From Fimbriosthenelais zetlandica (Eukaryota), in assembly GCA_977030845.1 (NCBI GenBank), contig OZ365112.1, positions 14,322,001 through 14,386,000 of the forward strand: a stretch of DNA of 64,000 nt. Reading direction: 5' to 3'. Under the pieces are notes generated by a model. The model was not told the origin of the DNA. It did no database searches and was given only the letters and a program-made list of their open reading frames with translations. The number at the start of each line of letters is the position of its first letter. Position 1 is the first letter of the stretch. The position numbers and the translations under genes were made by a program. Positions 40,801-54,776 of this stretch are shown here, in pieces.

Positions 40801-43800
40801 TCACTCTGGAAGAGTTGAGGGGAGATGGAGGGAGACAGGGGTAGAGGGGTGGCTCTAGCTCCCACCCGTCACTTGTGTCAAAATCAAGAGATGTTGGGCT
40901 AGGGGAGTTATCTTTGGAATGTGGCCAGTGGGAGTTGACCCAAAGGGCTGGAGACAGGATAGGTGTATGTATATGTGCAGGCCTTCCCCACAGGAATTCC
41001 TGTCACTTGGGGGGAGGGGTGAAGGGGTTTACCCCTATCAAATGATTAAAACACGCCAAAATTTGGCTCTATGCATGCACGACACTTTCCCTCGAATCTT
41101 AGGCTTTTTAACAGTATAGGCTAACTTAGGCCTAATTCTTCCTCAGAGTATAGATTCTTCCATTGTCAGTATTTCGAATGTGATATTATAAACTTTTTTC
41201 AATCGTTTCCTCTACATAATTGACGATATAATATGATCATTGGGAGAGGATGTGGAATTTCAAAGGGTTTTATTTCCATTCTCTGACTCACGGCATAAAT
41301 ATTCGTTTACAGAAACAACCCTAATGAATTCTCATAGGTTCCCACCTTTCCTCCCACCCTCTCCACCCCAGGCCTCGTAAGTTGATGTTCTTGTGTTCCT
41401 TTTATCTGGGCATACTTAAATTGAAATTTTCCCCTGAAATTTCAATTGTTTGGACAAAAACGTGCTATCAGGCCCATGCTTTCACCTGTAAGTCAGATAG
41501 GAGCAGCATGGCGTGGAGGTGATAAGAGCTTCTCTGTGATGTTGATATTTTATCGTTGATCTTCCTTATCAGAGTACCCAGTGAATGGACCCCCTTTCTC
41601 CCTTTTCTCTCTTATCTCCTCCCGACTCTTCTCGAACGCTACCGACATGTATTTTCCCCTTGACGTCGCTGCCTGCGCAGGTTGCCATTCTCGCTTGCGC
41701 AATCTCGCTGCGGGCGTTATCACACGAGAAATTGTTTTGTGGCCACTGGTATGGACTGAATTCCCTCTTTGTGTCTTTTATAAAGGGGGGCTATTGTAAA
41801 TTATGTAACTATGGAAACGTTCCCTATTGATATATGGATATTTGTTGGATTTTAATATGTATTGTGTAGGGTAGTACATGTATTTGACTTGACTCTTTTT
41901 CAAAATGTTTCTGCCCTCACTGATCAATACAGCTGTCACTATTTCACGTACATATCGTGTCATGCACACACAGACATAATAGACATTCACCCACACACCA
42001 ATATTGCAATGTGAGGGAATTCAGGGATCGGGATCCAATTTTACGACGGGAAGGAGAAATCTGCCTGCCCGAGGCTTGGTGTAGGCCCAGTATTCACTCT
42101 GATAGTCTGTCACTCACAAGTCAAGAGCTAATTATATCCCCTACCACTGACCTACTTATAAGGAAATATCACATTTCTTGGCCATCAATAGACCTGGGAA
42201 GCATATGCATTGTATGTCTATCTTTTAGATGACAGTTGATTACCTTATACTTGTCAAGAGGGAATCAGGAGGTAATAGCGGCGCACGTTTAAAGTGTTTG
42301 ATATGTTGTCCATAGAGATACAATCATTGCGTCTATACATGAGCACAGTATAAGCCCAACTAGATCTGTAATGTTTATTCTCATCTTTATAAAATAGACA
42401 TAAGAATTATCATATTTAGCGATGCAGTACTCGGTTGTTTCCTTTCGTAGAAAAGAAAATGTTATTTTAATTAGTTTCATTTGCATTTTGATCGTTTTCC
42501 CGCAGTGCTTTCTCGGCGGCCCTATAACAGCTCACTGCCATCAGCAAAATGCTGAAGACAAGGTCCTATCTCGCTGGTCACGTGGGCCTCGCGAGAAATG
42601 ATACGAGATCCCACGAGACGGGCTCGCCTGACAAACCACAAGATGGCTCGAATTGGAATTAGTGTACCATAAAGCTGAGATCTTATCACCAGTATTCAAT
42701 ATTTCCATCAGATCGGCCGACATCGGCCCTTATCGCCAGGGTGGGGAGGGGTTGGGCTGTCTAGGAAAACGATCCAAGTAAATCCCTAGACCGCTAGTGA
42801 AGGTTAGAAAGCAGAAATGCCACATTCCCTCTCTCAGGTCCCCTCACTGATAGTCACTCCTATCATATCATGTTCAAAACATTGAAACTGAAAATGACAG
42901 GACTGAAATAGCTGAGATACGGGGCTGTAGCCTGGAAGATGTTAAATGCTCCGAACCAGAATTTAGAGAGGCATGGGTTTGCCCACATAATAATATTCTA
43001 ACACTTGGTGCTTTTGAATAAGAACGTTGTTCCATTTTACTGGTATTTTTCCATTCGGGACTAGGCCTGTGTGATGAATATGAGAAAATTTGTGTGGTCT
43101 AACTTGTAATATTACAGTGAGCTTTGACTGAATGTGTTGATGGTGAGTGAAGCAGGTTGGAGGTCATGACTGAGTAGTTTATGACCCTATATAATGATTG
43201 TTTGCCAGTCGTAGCCATTTGGATAGCAATTCATATCTACTTGATGTGACAAGCTTGTATTAGTCTAGATGTTCAATACCGACAAGTGGATACCTGTCTC
43301 ACTAATGTGATGAAATTGTGAATATTATGTTTTACACTATAGGTACAATCTACCAACCTCTGGAACGAAATGTATGTGTATATTTTCTCATATTCTAGTA
43401 ATAAGTGTTATTCTAGCAGTAAGTTAATTAAGTTAAAACTGAGGTGTTTCACTTGAATTAAGGCTTTCATATGATGGTGTTTACATGTACATCCTTGAAC
43501 TTGTAAATACCTTGGATTATTTCGCGTAAAATTGCTACTAATATCTTCATTTTGACTTCCCAATTCATCGAGATAAAAGACAAAAATTTTGGATGAAATT
43601 TGCAGCAAAGTAACATGCAAACGAATCATCATCCTGGAGGATCACAAATACCCATAAAATACCCCTTTCTCCCACTGATTTCGATTAGTTAGAAGTCTGA
43701 ACGAAACTACCAGCATGAAAACGATTCCTATTGGTCGAGCGCCTCGCTGGAATACTTCCTGCCATGCTGTCGTCGCGCCCCCTATGTTCGCATAGATCAA

Positions 43801-44748
43801 CTACCATAGAGGAGCCCACCCGCCTATGGTAGTAGCCTTTTATTAACGATTATTTGTTTTCTGGTGCCAGAGGTGGGCCCACGGATGGGGAGATCCTCAC
43901 AGGGGGCATGTGACCTTCCCAGCATGCCTCAAAGTCGAGGTCACGTGGCTAGAGAACCACCAGAGGGGGAGAACTTGATGTTTGGATAACACGGTTTGAT
44001 TTATTTGGAAGGAACGCCGAACGGGCGCGCAATACCACTCTGCATAGGTTATAAGGCAGGGGAACATTTGTATAGGAAAAGGTCAGAATTAGGCCATAGC
44101 TATGGGGTTGAGCTATTCTCACAAGCACATTAATAAACCATAGTACTGGCCCCACAGGTTAGCCGCTCGTCCACGCAGCTCACAACTTCGTCATCATTCG
44201 TTCCGATTAATCTCGCGCCAAGTCTCGGGGTGGGCGATAAATGGCGAGAACAAGAGTCTGACCCAGTCCGATCTTTGCTCTGAGCTGAAAGCGAGGTGGT
44301 GACGGTAAAATAGGGATCCATCTTCGTCAATCCGACAGGCCTTTATTTGTTTTGTCCACACATTATGAGATATAATATAATTGGACTGTTTTATCATGAT
44401 TTCCTTAGCCAGCTATATCGCTTCCCTCTTGCCTAGTATTTCTTTGATGAATTTCCGGCTTTAACTCTTCATGATATAATTATTCTAAACGGTAATAATC
44501 TAATCTTTACGTGTATTATTATTCGTTAATATGAGAATTTCAATATCTTTCCTAAGGGCATTTTTATGTCCTGGTAATAATCTTGAATTTCGATTCTAAC
44601 TTCTGCCCATCCGGTGCCAGTTCAATTCTGTTTAAATGAAAACTTAACGGTCTGTACAAATGCTGTAAGTTTGCTGGCCACCGTTCACCACCTCATACAG
44701 TGGCCTCACATACTCATGTCAGATCAAAGCCCCTGCCCTCAGAGAGGT

Positions 44749-44772
44749 ACTGACCAGTGGACTGACCAGCGG
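44749..44772. repeat. Tandem micro-duplication, 2 x 12 bp
   Basis: actgaccagtgg / actgaccagcgg, 11/12 identical. Confidence 0.6.
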
Positions 44773-46768
44773 CCGGCAAATGACCACACGACAAGTCTCT
44801 GATTTTAGCCTGATCACGCGGCAATTCTCCTGGGGTCCGAGACTGGCCGCGTGATTACGGACAATGGCGGGAGATGATGGAGGAGGGGGAGGGGGTGGGG
44901 GAGCTGCTCGACCACCCTGTACCGAGCTAGTGATGAGTCAATTGAACACATAATGAAGAGGGCTGCAGCATAGGCTGAGACTCGGCCCAAGCCAGATAGG
45001 CACAAGGCCTTAGAGCTCCTTTTACTAAAGGCCTACCACTATTTCTTTGATCTCCTGCTCAGAGCCGCTTCTTTCAAGTATCCAAAGCATCCAGGACCAC
45101 CCTGAAGATATGATCCTTCTTCCTTTAAAGGACATAAACCAAGCAGTATGATTAAAGCTCTCTTTTAAGTTTGCAAGGAGCATGCACAAGCACCAAATTA
45201 TAGTCATTTTACTGTTATAGACTTTTCTCTAGAGGGAAAGAACGAAATAAACCTAGCTAAGCAGAAGAGAAAGTTTAGATTAAAAAAGGCAGAAAATAGC
45301 AATGACAACGTTGTGACAAGGGGTCTTGTTTGACCTTTTATGAGATAAAACACAACGCTCTACCTGTGTAAAGTCGGGTACCTATGTTTCCTGTGAGGGA
45401 CGCTCAAACATTGTACATATTTACCCGGGTTTATACCCTCAATCCATCATGGATCTTCCTTCTTTTCACTGTACAAATAGGACCATTTGTTTTGGATCCG
45501 ATACCATATATTTTCGCACTTTTAATATTCCCAAGCCCTTGATTTTGTTTATATTGCATCACTTTATAGGTCAAGTTAGCCTGAACACATGAGGCATCGA
45601 ATAAATGAGGACTAAGTAAAGTTCTTACTCTTTTGATAGAGTCCTCTGCAGATTGCTTTCTTCGCAATCATATTAGCGAATATCGGCCATCTAAGAGAGG
45701 TTTTTTGTCGCGGGATTTGGGGAGACTCGGCGAGGCTAAGTGCACGCTGCTCACAAGGTGTCATGGCGGCCTAATCTGTCTTCGTCACGTGACAAGCAGG
45801 ACAAACACATGTCCAAACACGACTCGCCAGCACATGGCCTTCTCTTCTTCAACACTGATATTATCGCCCATTCAAATCAGCCAGCCAGAGGCTTTTCCCT
45901 CACTGGGTCAGAGAAATGTATAATATGACTTTATATTAGAAGCAGAGCCCAATAGAGCCCTCAGCAGGGCCCTGTGAAAATTACCCGTAGAGCCCTGAGG
46001 CCCTCCGGTGGGGGGCTCGTGAAGCACCCCGCCTGGCGTGCCCTTATATGGGGTATAATTAGTACCTCAGGTTTAATCAGGTGTCAGTAAGGTGGGAGCA
46101 GGAGGAAGATGGATGCCCAGATCCAATTGGTAGGGATCATAAATGGGGAGAGGTTTGTGGTATCAGGTGACACGGACAGAGAATGGTAGGGACTTTTTTT
46201 CTCTGAGTGTCAATATATCCTGTAGAAGGAGGCGTGAAAAGGTGGGGTTTCCGGTAACTCCCTGATTGGTCGCGCCTCGTTTGGACTGGAGATGAACTTA
46301 CTCCATGTGACATGTTGATTGGGGGTTACTATGGTTACACAATGACTGATCAGCTGACAGGGAGGGAACAGAAGGGATATTCTATACTTTGTCAACCGCC
46401 ATCTGCATTGACCATTTCTGGGCCATGTGCAAAAATGCTTCCTCCTAAAATGTGTCTAAGAATTATTATATTATGAATTTCTATAATTATCTGTCGATTA
46501 TGTGGTCCTGAATATCCAGGGGGTAATATCCAACCGGAATATCCTTTATAGAAGCTTTCGACCTACTTTAAGAGAAGATGACTCAAAACAATGACCAAAA
46601 GGATCCCGAAATTGATATAAAAGCCCAGCAGTTAGCATTATGAAAGCCACGTACTTAAAGGTATCAAAATTCTAACTATCACCTGAAATTAATGCTAATA
46701 GATGACTCACATGCCCTTCCACTTACCTGTATGGTTTAGTGGTAGTCAGAAATTGATGGATGGTCCTG

Positions 46769-46833
46769 TCCTCCAGGGCTGGGTGCATACAAGCAAAGGG
46801 TCATACGTGTGTATATAACCAGACCCTGGAGGA
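46769..46833. repeat. Imperfect 65-nt inverted repeat / stem-loop
   Basis: Arm 46769-46790 (tcctccagggctgggtgcatac) pairs with arm 46811-46833 (gtatataaccagaccctggagga): 19 Watson-Crick pairs, 1 G-U, 2 mismatches and a 1-nt bulge, with a 20-nt loop. Confidence 0.7.
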
Positions 46834-47947
46834 ACTGAGGGATAGACTGACATACATATCACCCTCCCAATGCCCTCTGTATACACAAACGTCCATTTTC
46901 TGACGTTTCATCCCTGAAGGGACGGATGAACTTTGAAATCCATAGGTATCAATGGCTTTCCTCCAAGGCGGCGGAGATCAAAGTATTATCTTTGTCCTCC
47001 CGGGCCTATACAGACCTCATAGAAAACCCGTGTAGTATACCCCAATTGTTGACCCTAATAGAATTACAAACATGTGAGTGATAACTCTTACTTTTCTTAG
47101 AAATTTGAGTGTCCTCACTTCAGGGGGTAGAATTGAACGTCAACAATACACAAATTGTCTCCGTGTTGGAGTCATCTACTCGTGTGCCGGACACGGTAGG
47201 TGTGAATGTGTGGAATCATATTTCACAGCGGACTTCATATAGCTCTGTCCATTGTTATGGTCATACAGTGGGTCCAGCATGGGGTGAATGGACCCTCAGT
47301 AGGAAGTTAGCCACATGCCTGGTCGGAAATAGGTGTTTAAAGATCAGAGAATCAACCGACCTGTGTTATGCTGCACTCATCCTTTGAACTGATACGTAAA
47401 ACAATCGATTCTCTCATTTCCCTCTATAATGTATAAAAGAAGCCTTGTGCTCTGTGGGAATGAGCAGAGGTAGGAGTCACAGAAAGTCGGTTATGATTAT
47501 GTAAATTAACCCCATTCAAAATAAAAGTTTCATTTTCAAACATTTACATGGACCCTATGAAATATCTTATATCTGAGTGACCCTCACGTGCATACAATTA
47601 TATAGTATTTTACAGGGCAGAGAATTGTGAATATGAGCACTCAGACTCAAAACAGGTAGGGTTACCGGTATAGTACTCATGTACAACTTGCGATTGTAGA
47701 TGGGAATCGCATAGCTTTTGACTTTGGTATGTGCCCTATGCCTTGTAGTGGCAAGAGAAGGTCGGAAAAGCAGGAACATGAGCCTTGAAATACATGTATA
47801 CATTCATCTGCTTGACATTCAGAGGAGTAATCCCCAATAAAAGAAAACGGCCTCACTTGGAGAAAGCAAGCTTCTTTTCTACCTCGACCCCCTCTCTCCA
47901 GCAAGAGGCCGCATATTTAGACAATATGACATTTCACATGAGCGCCT

Positions 47948-48034
47948 CCACGTCAATAACCTGACGTCGTTCTGACGTCGCTAGCAACGCCTGACGTGCA
48001 CAAGGGAAAAGGAGGTGAATCGTGGTGCGCATGC
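47948..48034. promoter_or_regulatory. Cluster of TGACGT (CRE half-site) motifs with an NRF1-like site
   Basis: CCACGTCA at 47948-47955; CTGACGT at 47961, 47972 (an 11-bp tandem duplication) and 47991; TGCGCATGC at 48026-48034. Confidence 0.35.
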
Positions 48035-51000
48035 CTGATTAAGGCTTACGACAAAAATGACAGCCACCTCTGGCAGCCGCAGAAAATCCACCTCCTTCCC
48101 TTTTGCTCGGTTTCCCTTGAAAGCCCCTTCCCCAACACAATCAATGCCTGCCAGTCGATATTTTTCCTCACCCTCCATTTTTCCACCAACAGTTATGCTT
48201 TCTATACTCACCGCTTGTGGCTCTAGCAGTCCTCTTCTCCCTCATACTCCTCGAAGCTCTTCCAAACGCTCCCATCTTCCTAATGCAGGGTTTTACAGAG
48301 AATTCCTCCTTTCTAACCTCACCAATAGGTCAATATATTCCCCCTGTTTGATATATGCCCCACTCCAATCGATGGATTCGGTGGGAGGAGTTGGCCATTG
48401 TTAAAGTAAAGAGTTCATTTTACGTTTGATTTAGAAGGGCCCTAAACCCGAGCCCGCGGGTATGATTGGTCTCTCTTTAATTCAAAGAGTTTTATTGCTC
48501 TTCCGGCGGGTCCCATAAAGGTGGTTACCGACGTGGACTTCTCTTACCTTAAGATACAGGTAACCCACGGTAGCTTAGCTTAAAGTAGACAGGTGTGGTG
48601 GTTATTGGTAGCAGGTGTGGATGGCGACAGCCTACCAGAAATCCTCAATAATCAGACAATAAGTATGATCTCATTGAAATGCACTGCTTTCTCAAAGCCC
48701 CTCACCCAACAAGTAAATTGTTCTTTGCCATTTATTTTCCAATATACCTTTCTTTGAAGTTAGCCTTGCCTCCACTGACTAAGCAGGTTTCTGAGAAGAA
48801 ATTATAATTTCCATCTAAGAGCTTTTCCAACAAGGCACGAAGCCTTAACATTGTTATTTTTTATTGTACGAGCTCGAGGATCATTTTGATTCAGTATCAT
48901 ATTGTGTTAAGACCATCTCATAAATTTAATCCCTATTCCGCAGCAGAGATGTCACATTACAAGTTGTATACCATACTTTACCCGCCTCTTGGGACAGGTC
49001 ACACAAAAGCCACTCTTAGCACCTTTGTAATGTATACTATTTTCTACTGTTAATCACCCTGACCAATGTCCTGACACCCGGGTTACATCTACAAACCCTC
49101 GAGCTATGTCATAAACCCTGAAGATCTGAAGCTCAAAAAATAAGCAGTCAAAGTTATCTACATTGTAAATCAAAAATTACATCACAAGATGTACCCCTCT
49201 CCGAAAATCGCTATGCTATCATTAATTTTTATAGACTGCATGGAATACTAGGAGGGTATGCTCTGCAAGAATAGAAAAAAAGTATCGCCTCTCAACACAA
49301 CAGCTCTGTACACGTAAATGCACTCACTGCTGTCATTTGAATAGCTTGGCTTCAGGGCTGGGGAACCTTGTCAACCCCCAGCCCCTCCCACTTATACTGG
49401 GCCCTAAAATATTGTCACCCAGGACAATAGGAAGGGCCACTTCTGGCCGTTGGTCACTTTTCTATGGCCACGTGCCTTTGTCCACGTTTCCACACACATT
49501 TTCCAACTGTCCAGTCATCCTAACCTCACATATGGGGCTCTGTGTGGTCATCCCTCTGTTCTCACTGACCATTGGCTTGCTCATCGTCCTGGGAATAGGA
49601 TTAATTAACAGTTTTGCCCCCTCTTTCCAGTCTCACACCCTCTCATCTCTCTGAAGTGTCCCGTGGACACAGCCACGCCCCTTGCAGGAGTCACTTCTTT
49701 AAAGTTTCTCATAGTAGAAAGTTAAAGCAAGCCCCTTTCCAGCAATAAGCAATATATAAAGACAATAAAACATTTTACATGGGCGTCAAGAAACTGACAT
49801 CGCTAATAAAATTTCCAACTCGATGAATATTCGAGGAAGAATTGTTGGATATGGCCGGAAATTCTCAGCCTATTGCCAATGGTCACTCAAAGTAACCACA
49901 AATTATGGCCTTAATTCATGATCTATTCATGTATTATTGTATAATTATACACCCCTTATCCTTCATGTCAAAAGGTTTCTACGTCAGTCAGAAATATATG
50001 TATGGCTGTAACTTGCACCTCAGAGGTCATAACCTGTTATGAAGGGTAACATCTAAAAACATGTTTCCCTTGTGCCACCGTCACTGACCCTTTGATGGAA
50101 AATGAGTGGTTTTGAAAACAACACATGCCATTGGGATCTGGAGAAGGTGAGTGGGGAGAGAAGGTGGGTGGGTGAGTGGGTTGGGGGCAGAAGAAAGCTT
50201 GTCAAAGCATGCCTACATTCCTTCCTCAGTCACTTCCCTTAGCACCGCCTATTTCTCCTCTATAATCTTGGACAAATCACTCTGAACCATTTCTTCGATA
50301 ATACTCCTGTCCATCCACACTGCCTATTCAAACGAAACAGCATCCTGTCTCTGCATGGGGATTTAGACGTTTCCCTTTCATTACTTTGCAATGCTTATAA
50401 CTTCGTAAGCATTTACTAATATTTTAGGATTTGGCGGTGCCTTAGATATAATTAAAACTTGTCAGTATACCTCAGCCTGGCATTGGCAAAGGCTATAGAT
50501 GCCTGGAGGCATGAGGATTGTATCCTGGCCTGCTCCTCTTCCTCCAGGGGAAGGCCTGGAGGAAGCTGACATCTCACGTCACTGCTGGCGTGCATACAAC
50601 AAGACACATACACAGGCTGTGCCAATCAAGGCTGGATCATGCCAGCCACTTCACAAAGCAGGCAAACACTTCATACTCTATCCTTCACCTCTATACCACC
50701 TTACACACAGATAAACTCCTATCATCCACGGTTAGTCACTGAGCCAACTGACTAACCTTCCTCACCATCACCTGCCCAAATAAACTCTTCATTCATCTTA
50801 AGAAAACACTGCTTGACTCCTATAATTCCATGATCCAAAATCGATGCTATTCATGTAGGTTTATCAACTCGATCTTTTTATTTCCTCATAAAATCACATA
50901 AAATATTTAAATATCTCCTCCACTGCTATAATGGTGATTTTACGACTGTATGAGACCTATTTTTCTGACGTCAAGTTAGTCACGAGTGACTAAAGTTGCC

Positions 51001-52441
51001 TTTCTATGATATTTTCTGTGACTAACGTTTTTTAAAAGCTCTTCCAGGTCTTACCACTTCACCATACATCTTGACAATTTCCAGTATGTTGGAGACACGT
51101 CATGTCTCTTTTGAGAGGTCTGTAAATGACAGTTGTTTGATTTTTACAAGTAGGTCGCTCCTGTCGTCTGTCACTGTTCGTCATCTTCATATTCCACTGA
51201 TCATGATCTGTTCAGACTATTCTCAGTCTTACACTTTACTGTGCTGAGTAAACGTATTCAAATTTCGAATTGTGATGCTTTCTTCAAAATGCCAATATTT
51301 TGAAGCAAAATCGATCACTATTTTAATCTTTTAATTATCCCCTTTTCCTCATATTATCGGTCACAGAAAATGACTGTGGGCTATATCGTCCTTGCTTCAT
51401 TAAGTGCTGAGTGAGCCTAATTTAGTTGAAACTGGGAAATTAATTGATAATTATGTGGTAGGTAATTGCTCCTTAACGCCTAGCGACTCATCAACTGCTC
51501 GCGAGCAGATTGCTTGTCACTATTTAGCTTCCAATTATTCACAAATGTCTGGGTAGGTTATTAATCTATGTGAAGTCTATTTATATTTGACTGTAGTGTG
51601 GCTCAATGTCCACAGAGGCGCTAGTGAGCTGCTGTCCATTTTATCACGCATGTGTGTATCCACCCTCCCATCCCTTTCCCACCAACACCACATGCACCCC
51701 AGCACCGCCACTCACTGAGGCCTATCAGAAGTGGTTCCCAATGTCCGAGTGGTCAATCCGGACTTTCCCTAGTGACCGCTAACCCACCCACCCTCTGGTC
51801 ATCCAGTGATTGACCCAGTGATGCCTTCATTTATGTCCCCTTCCTTTATGCAAATAGTCCAGATACCAAGACAACCATGGAGGGAGCCTGAAAGAAGGCA
51901 GGGTGAGGGGGTATTAACGCTATCTCTACTCTTTCTGGCTCACTGTACTGCTCACAATAAACCGCTCTCAAAGCTGCTCCAGATTATCAAGAAAATGGAA
52001 AATATCATTTATCCGCCGGATTCAACTCGGATGACTGTGAAATTAGATTTTGTTTGGCGTGACCGCCCCTCATCCTATTCCGACTGACTCTCCCTGCCAC
52101 CGTTCTATTGTCAGTGACTTTTGGAGGGTAAACGATAGCAAAACAGATCCCACAGCCTCCCTCCCATCACAACGTGATGGACGGATTAAGAGAAAATTCA
52201 ATTGTCCCTGATCAAACCTTGCGGGCTTTTTTCCTGCATGTCTGTGTTGTAATTCTGGAGGGGAGTGAAGGTGATTTGGTAAGGGGAACATGAAAAGGGG
52301 GGCTGTCTTATGTTCCCTATTCTGGTCAATATCAAATAGCTATTGTAATTTAGTTGTTCCCTATACGAATCTACTTAAAAACCTCAGACTGTCGCTATTA
52401 TTATGAACGCCCTATGGGTGTCTGCTCTCTGACTTTGGCTC

Positions 52442-52510
52442 AACCAATCACGCTAAACAGATGGACGTTGTTTCTGCGCATGCGTGTCGGGATCAAGCTG
52501 GCCCTTCCGG
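52442..52510. promoter_or_regulatory. Housekeeping-promoter-like motif set (NF-Y, NRF1, ETS)
   Basis: AACCAATCA 52442-52450, TGCGCATGCG 52475-52484 and CTTCCGG 52504-52510 in a CpG-rich patch. Confidence 0.4.
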
Positions 52511-54776
52511 CCTTCAATCCTGCAATGTTTTAATCTCGCACGTTAACTTTGACCAGACGAGATCAGACGACGTCTTTGGGCGCTAGGGGGAGTTACCCCT
52601 GACTTTTCCATAACGCTAAAATTTCACAGGGATACAGTGTCTCATGATTTAAATGACTTGTGAAATATTACCCCAAATTCCCCACGCGTTTCTTTCCTTT
52701 AGCCATGAGCAGCTCATGTGCAGAATTAAAGCAGCATTTGTGATTTTTAAAAAACGTGATGAAAATTCATTTGGATTTTTAACATTTAATTAAGTGAAAA
52801 TGTCATATGCACGACTGTGATCGGTTTAAATGCGGGGCCATTGACCTTTTGTCAGATACCATTTTTTCCTGTGACATGCCTTGATGATCTCCATATTGCT
52901 ATGTGTATATGTATCTCCCTCATTCCGTGATCCACGCATGTCCATTTCCCTGGTGGCTCTTGCCTGAATCACTCAGGATAATTGCATCCCCAGCCCTTCG
53001 CTTGTTTAGACATAATCACATATCAAGTTTCCCAGCCCCGTCTCCATGGAAACGGAGAGAGTGCCGCCATTTTGGCAAACCTATATGAGATAGTATCTGG
53101 TCAAGTTGGCTGAATGGAAATGGGGATGTCAACGCCAATGGCGCGATCTTCCTCCGCGCCCCTACGACACACAAAATAGATCCCAAATGAGAGAAGTTGC
53201 TATCGGAGATGCTAAAGTGTTATTTGGTCCGGATCACAGAGGGGGAACCTTTTTGGCACTGGCAGCGTGGAGTCGAAAGGTAAATAAAAGTTTCTGCAAC
53301 TTGTTCTAAGTTCTCGTTTGAGTTCTCGCGCTGTTCGTGAGTCGATAACGAGTTGCTCGGTCGTCTGTTCAGACGGGGAGTAGGGGTACTGAGACGGGGA
53401 AGGTGGTGGCTCTCTCCCGCCCAAAACCTAACCTCAAACTTTTACTCAACTCAAACAAGTTTTCCCTTCCTCAAAAGTTTCATGTAGGCTCCAAAGGGAA
53501 TTGGGGAAATACCGTGCCTCAATGAATGAATGAATTCATTTAAAGGTGTGAAGATGTGAGAAGAATGGTTTTATTTAAAAGATGTAACCATGATGTTTGA
53601 ACTCACACGGGGGCAATTAGCAACCTCTTTGAAAATAAACCCTGTCTTATCTTAGTTTCAACAATCATAAAATTACGTAAAAGAAGCACACTTTGTTTCG
53701 TTTTGGGGACACATCTAGGCATTGTATTCATTAGATAAAGAATTCTAAAGTACCAGTGGCCCGGACCAGTGGCTGCATTTATGAGTATCATATTTTTATC
53801 CTGTCAAGGCAGTGGTCGGTGGACATTCTTTTATTCCCACTGGACGCACTCTGTACCGATGGCACTTTGATAATTCCCACCAGCTTTCAAAGACCTTGAG
53901 CCCTTTCTTTCATACAATTCCACCGTGCACTGAGTGAATAGCTGACTTCTTTTTTACCTCAGGCTGTGAAAAGTTGTAAAATCCACACTTGTGGCCGTCC
54001 ACGGAACCATAGACGCCCAAAGTGTCGGGTGAGTGTGTGAATGTATGAGTGGGTTATATGACAGGGTGTTGTGTTGTGGTGGACTTAGTCTACATTTACC
54101 TCTCCACCCTTGCTCACTCATGCGTGTATTTTATTGCTCACCTTTGTGAAGTCATTAAGGAGCGCCTGGGGTATTTAACCCGGTGTAAATTGCCACCTTT
54201 TATTGTATGTTACCCCGGCTTTCGTCTTGAATCGGGCATGGACCTGTCAAACCTATGATACCTCTCTTCCCAGTGGAATAGAACTCGTGGACTAAGTTCG
54301 GAAACTGTCACCACATCAATATGGACTCAACATTGGCTTGATAATACTGATATACATATTGGATACTATTGAAAGCGCTCTGTATTTCTATCAGAGAATC
54401 AGTGGCTTATCTTCTCAGATAAGGATTATAAAAGGTAAGGCTGGATTATCTTGTTTTGATGTCAGTGTTGTGAGTTTTGGTATAGATATCTTGTTAGGAG
54501 AGGATTAATTATTCTGAGGTCGTTGAGGGGATGTTTGAACGGTGGGGGTTAATGTGGCTTGAGACTGGAGGGCGAGGGACAAGGGCGAGAGTAGGATGGG
54601 TGGGGTGGGGGTAGAGGCAAGAGACTGGGGGAGGGGCTTGTCATAAGTTTGACCCTCTCCATGGGGGTTATAACCCCCTCAATGTGGAGGGTCCGGCGGG
54701 AGGGGTGAATCTGGTGGGTGGGAGGGGGTTGAGGTCCGGAATGGGCCAATTGAATGGGGGAGGGGTATGAATGGAA

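Noticed and set aside
47124-47195. 72-bp open exon candidate (GVELNVNNTQIVSVLESSTRVPDT)
   Set aside because: The acceptor tract is short, the donor GTAGGT is only moderate and the peptide is unrecognised; it is within chance expectation.
50397-50412. loxP-like ATAACTTCGTA-AGCAT
   Set aside because: It resembles only the left arm and part of the spacer; the second 13-bp arm is absent, so it is treated as coincidence.
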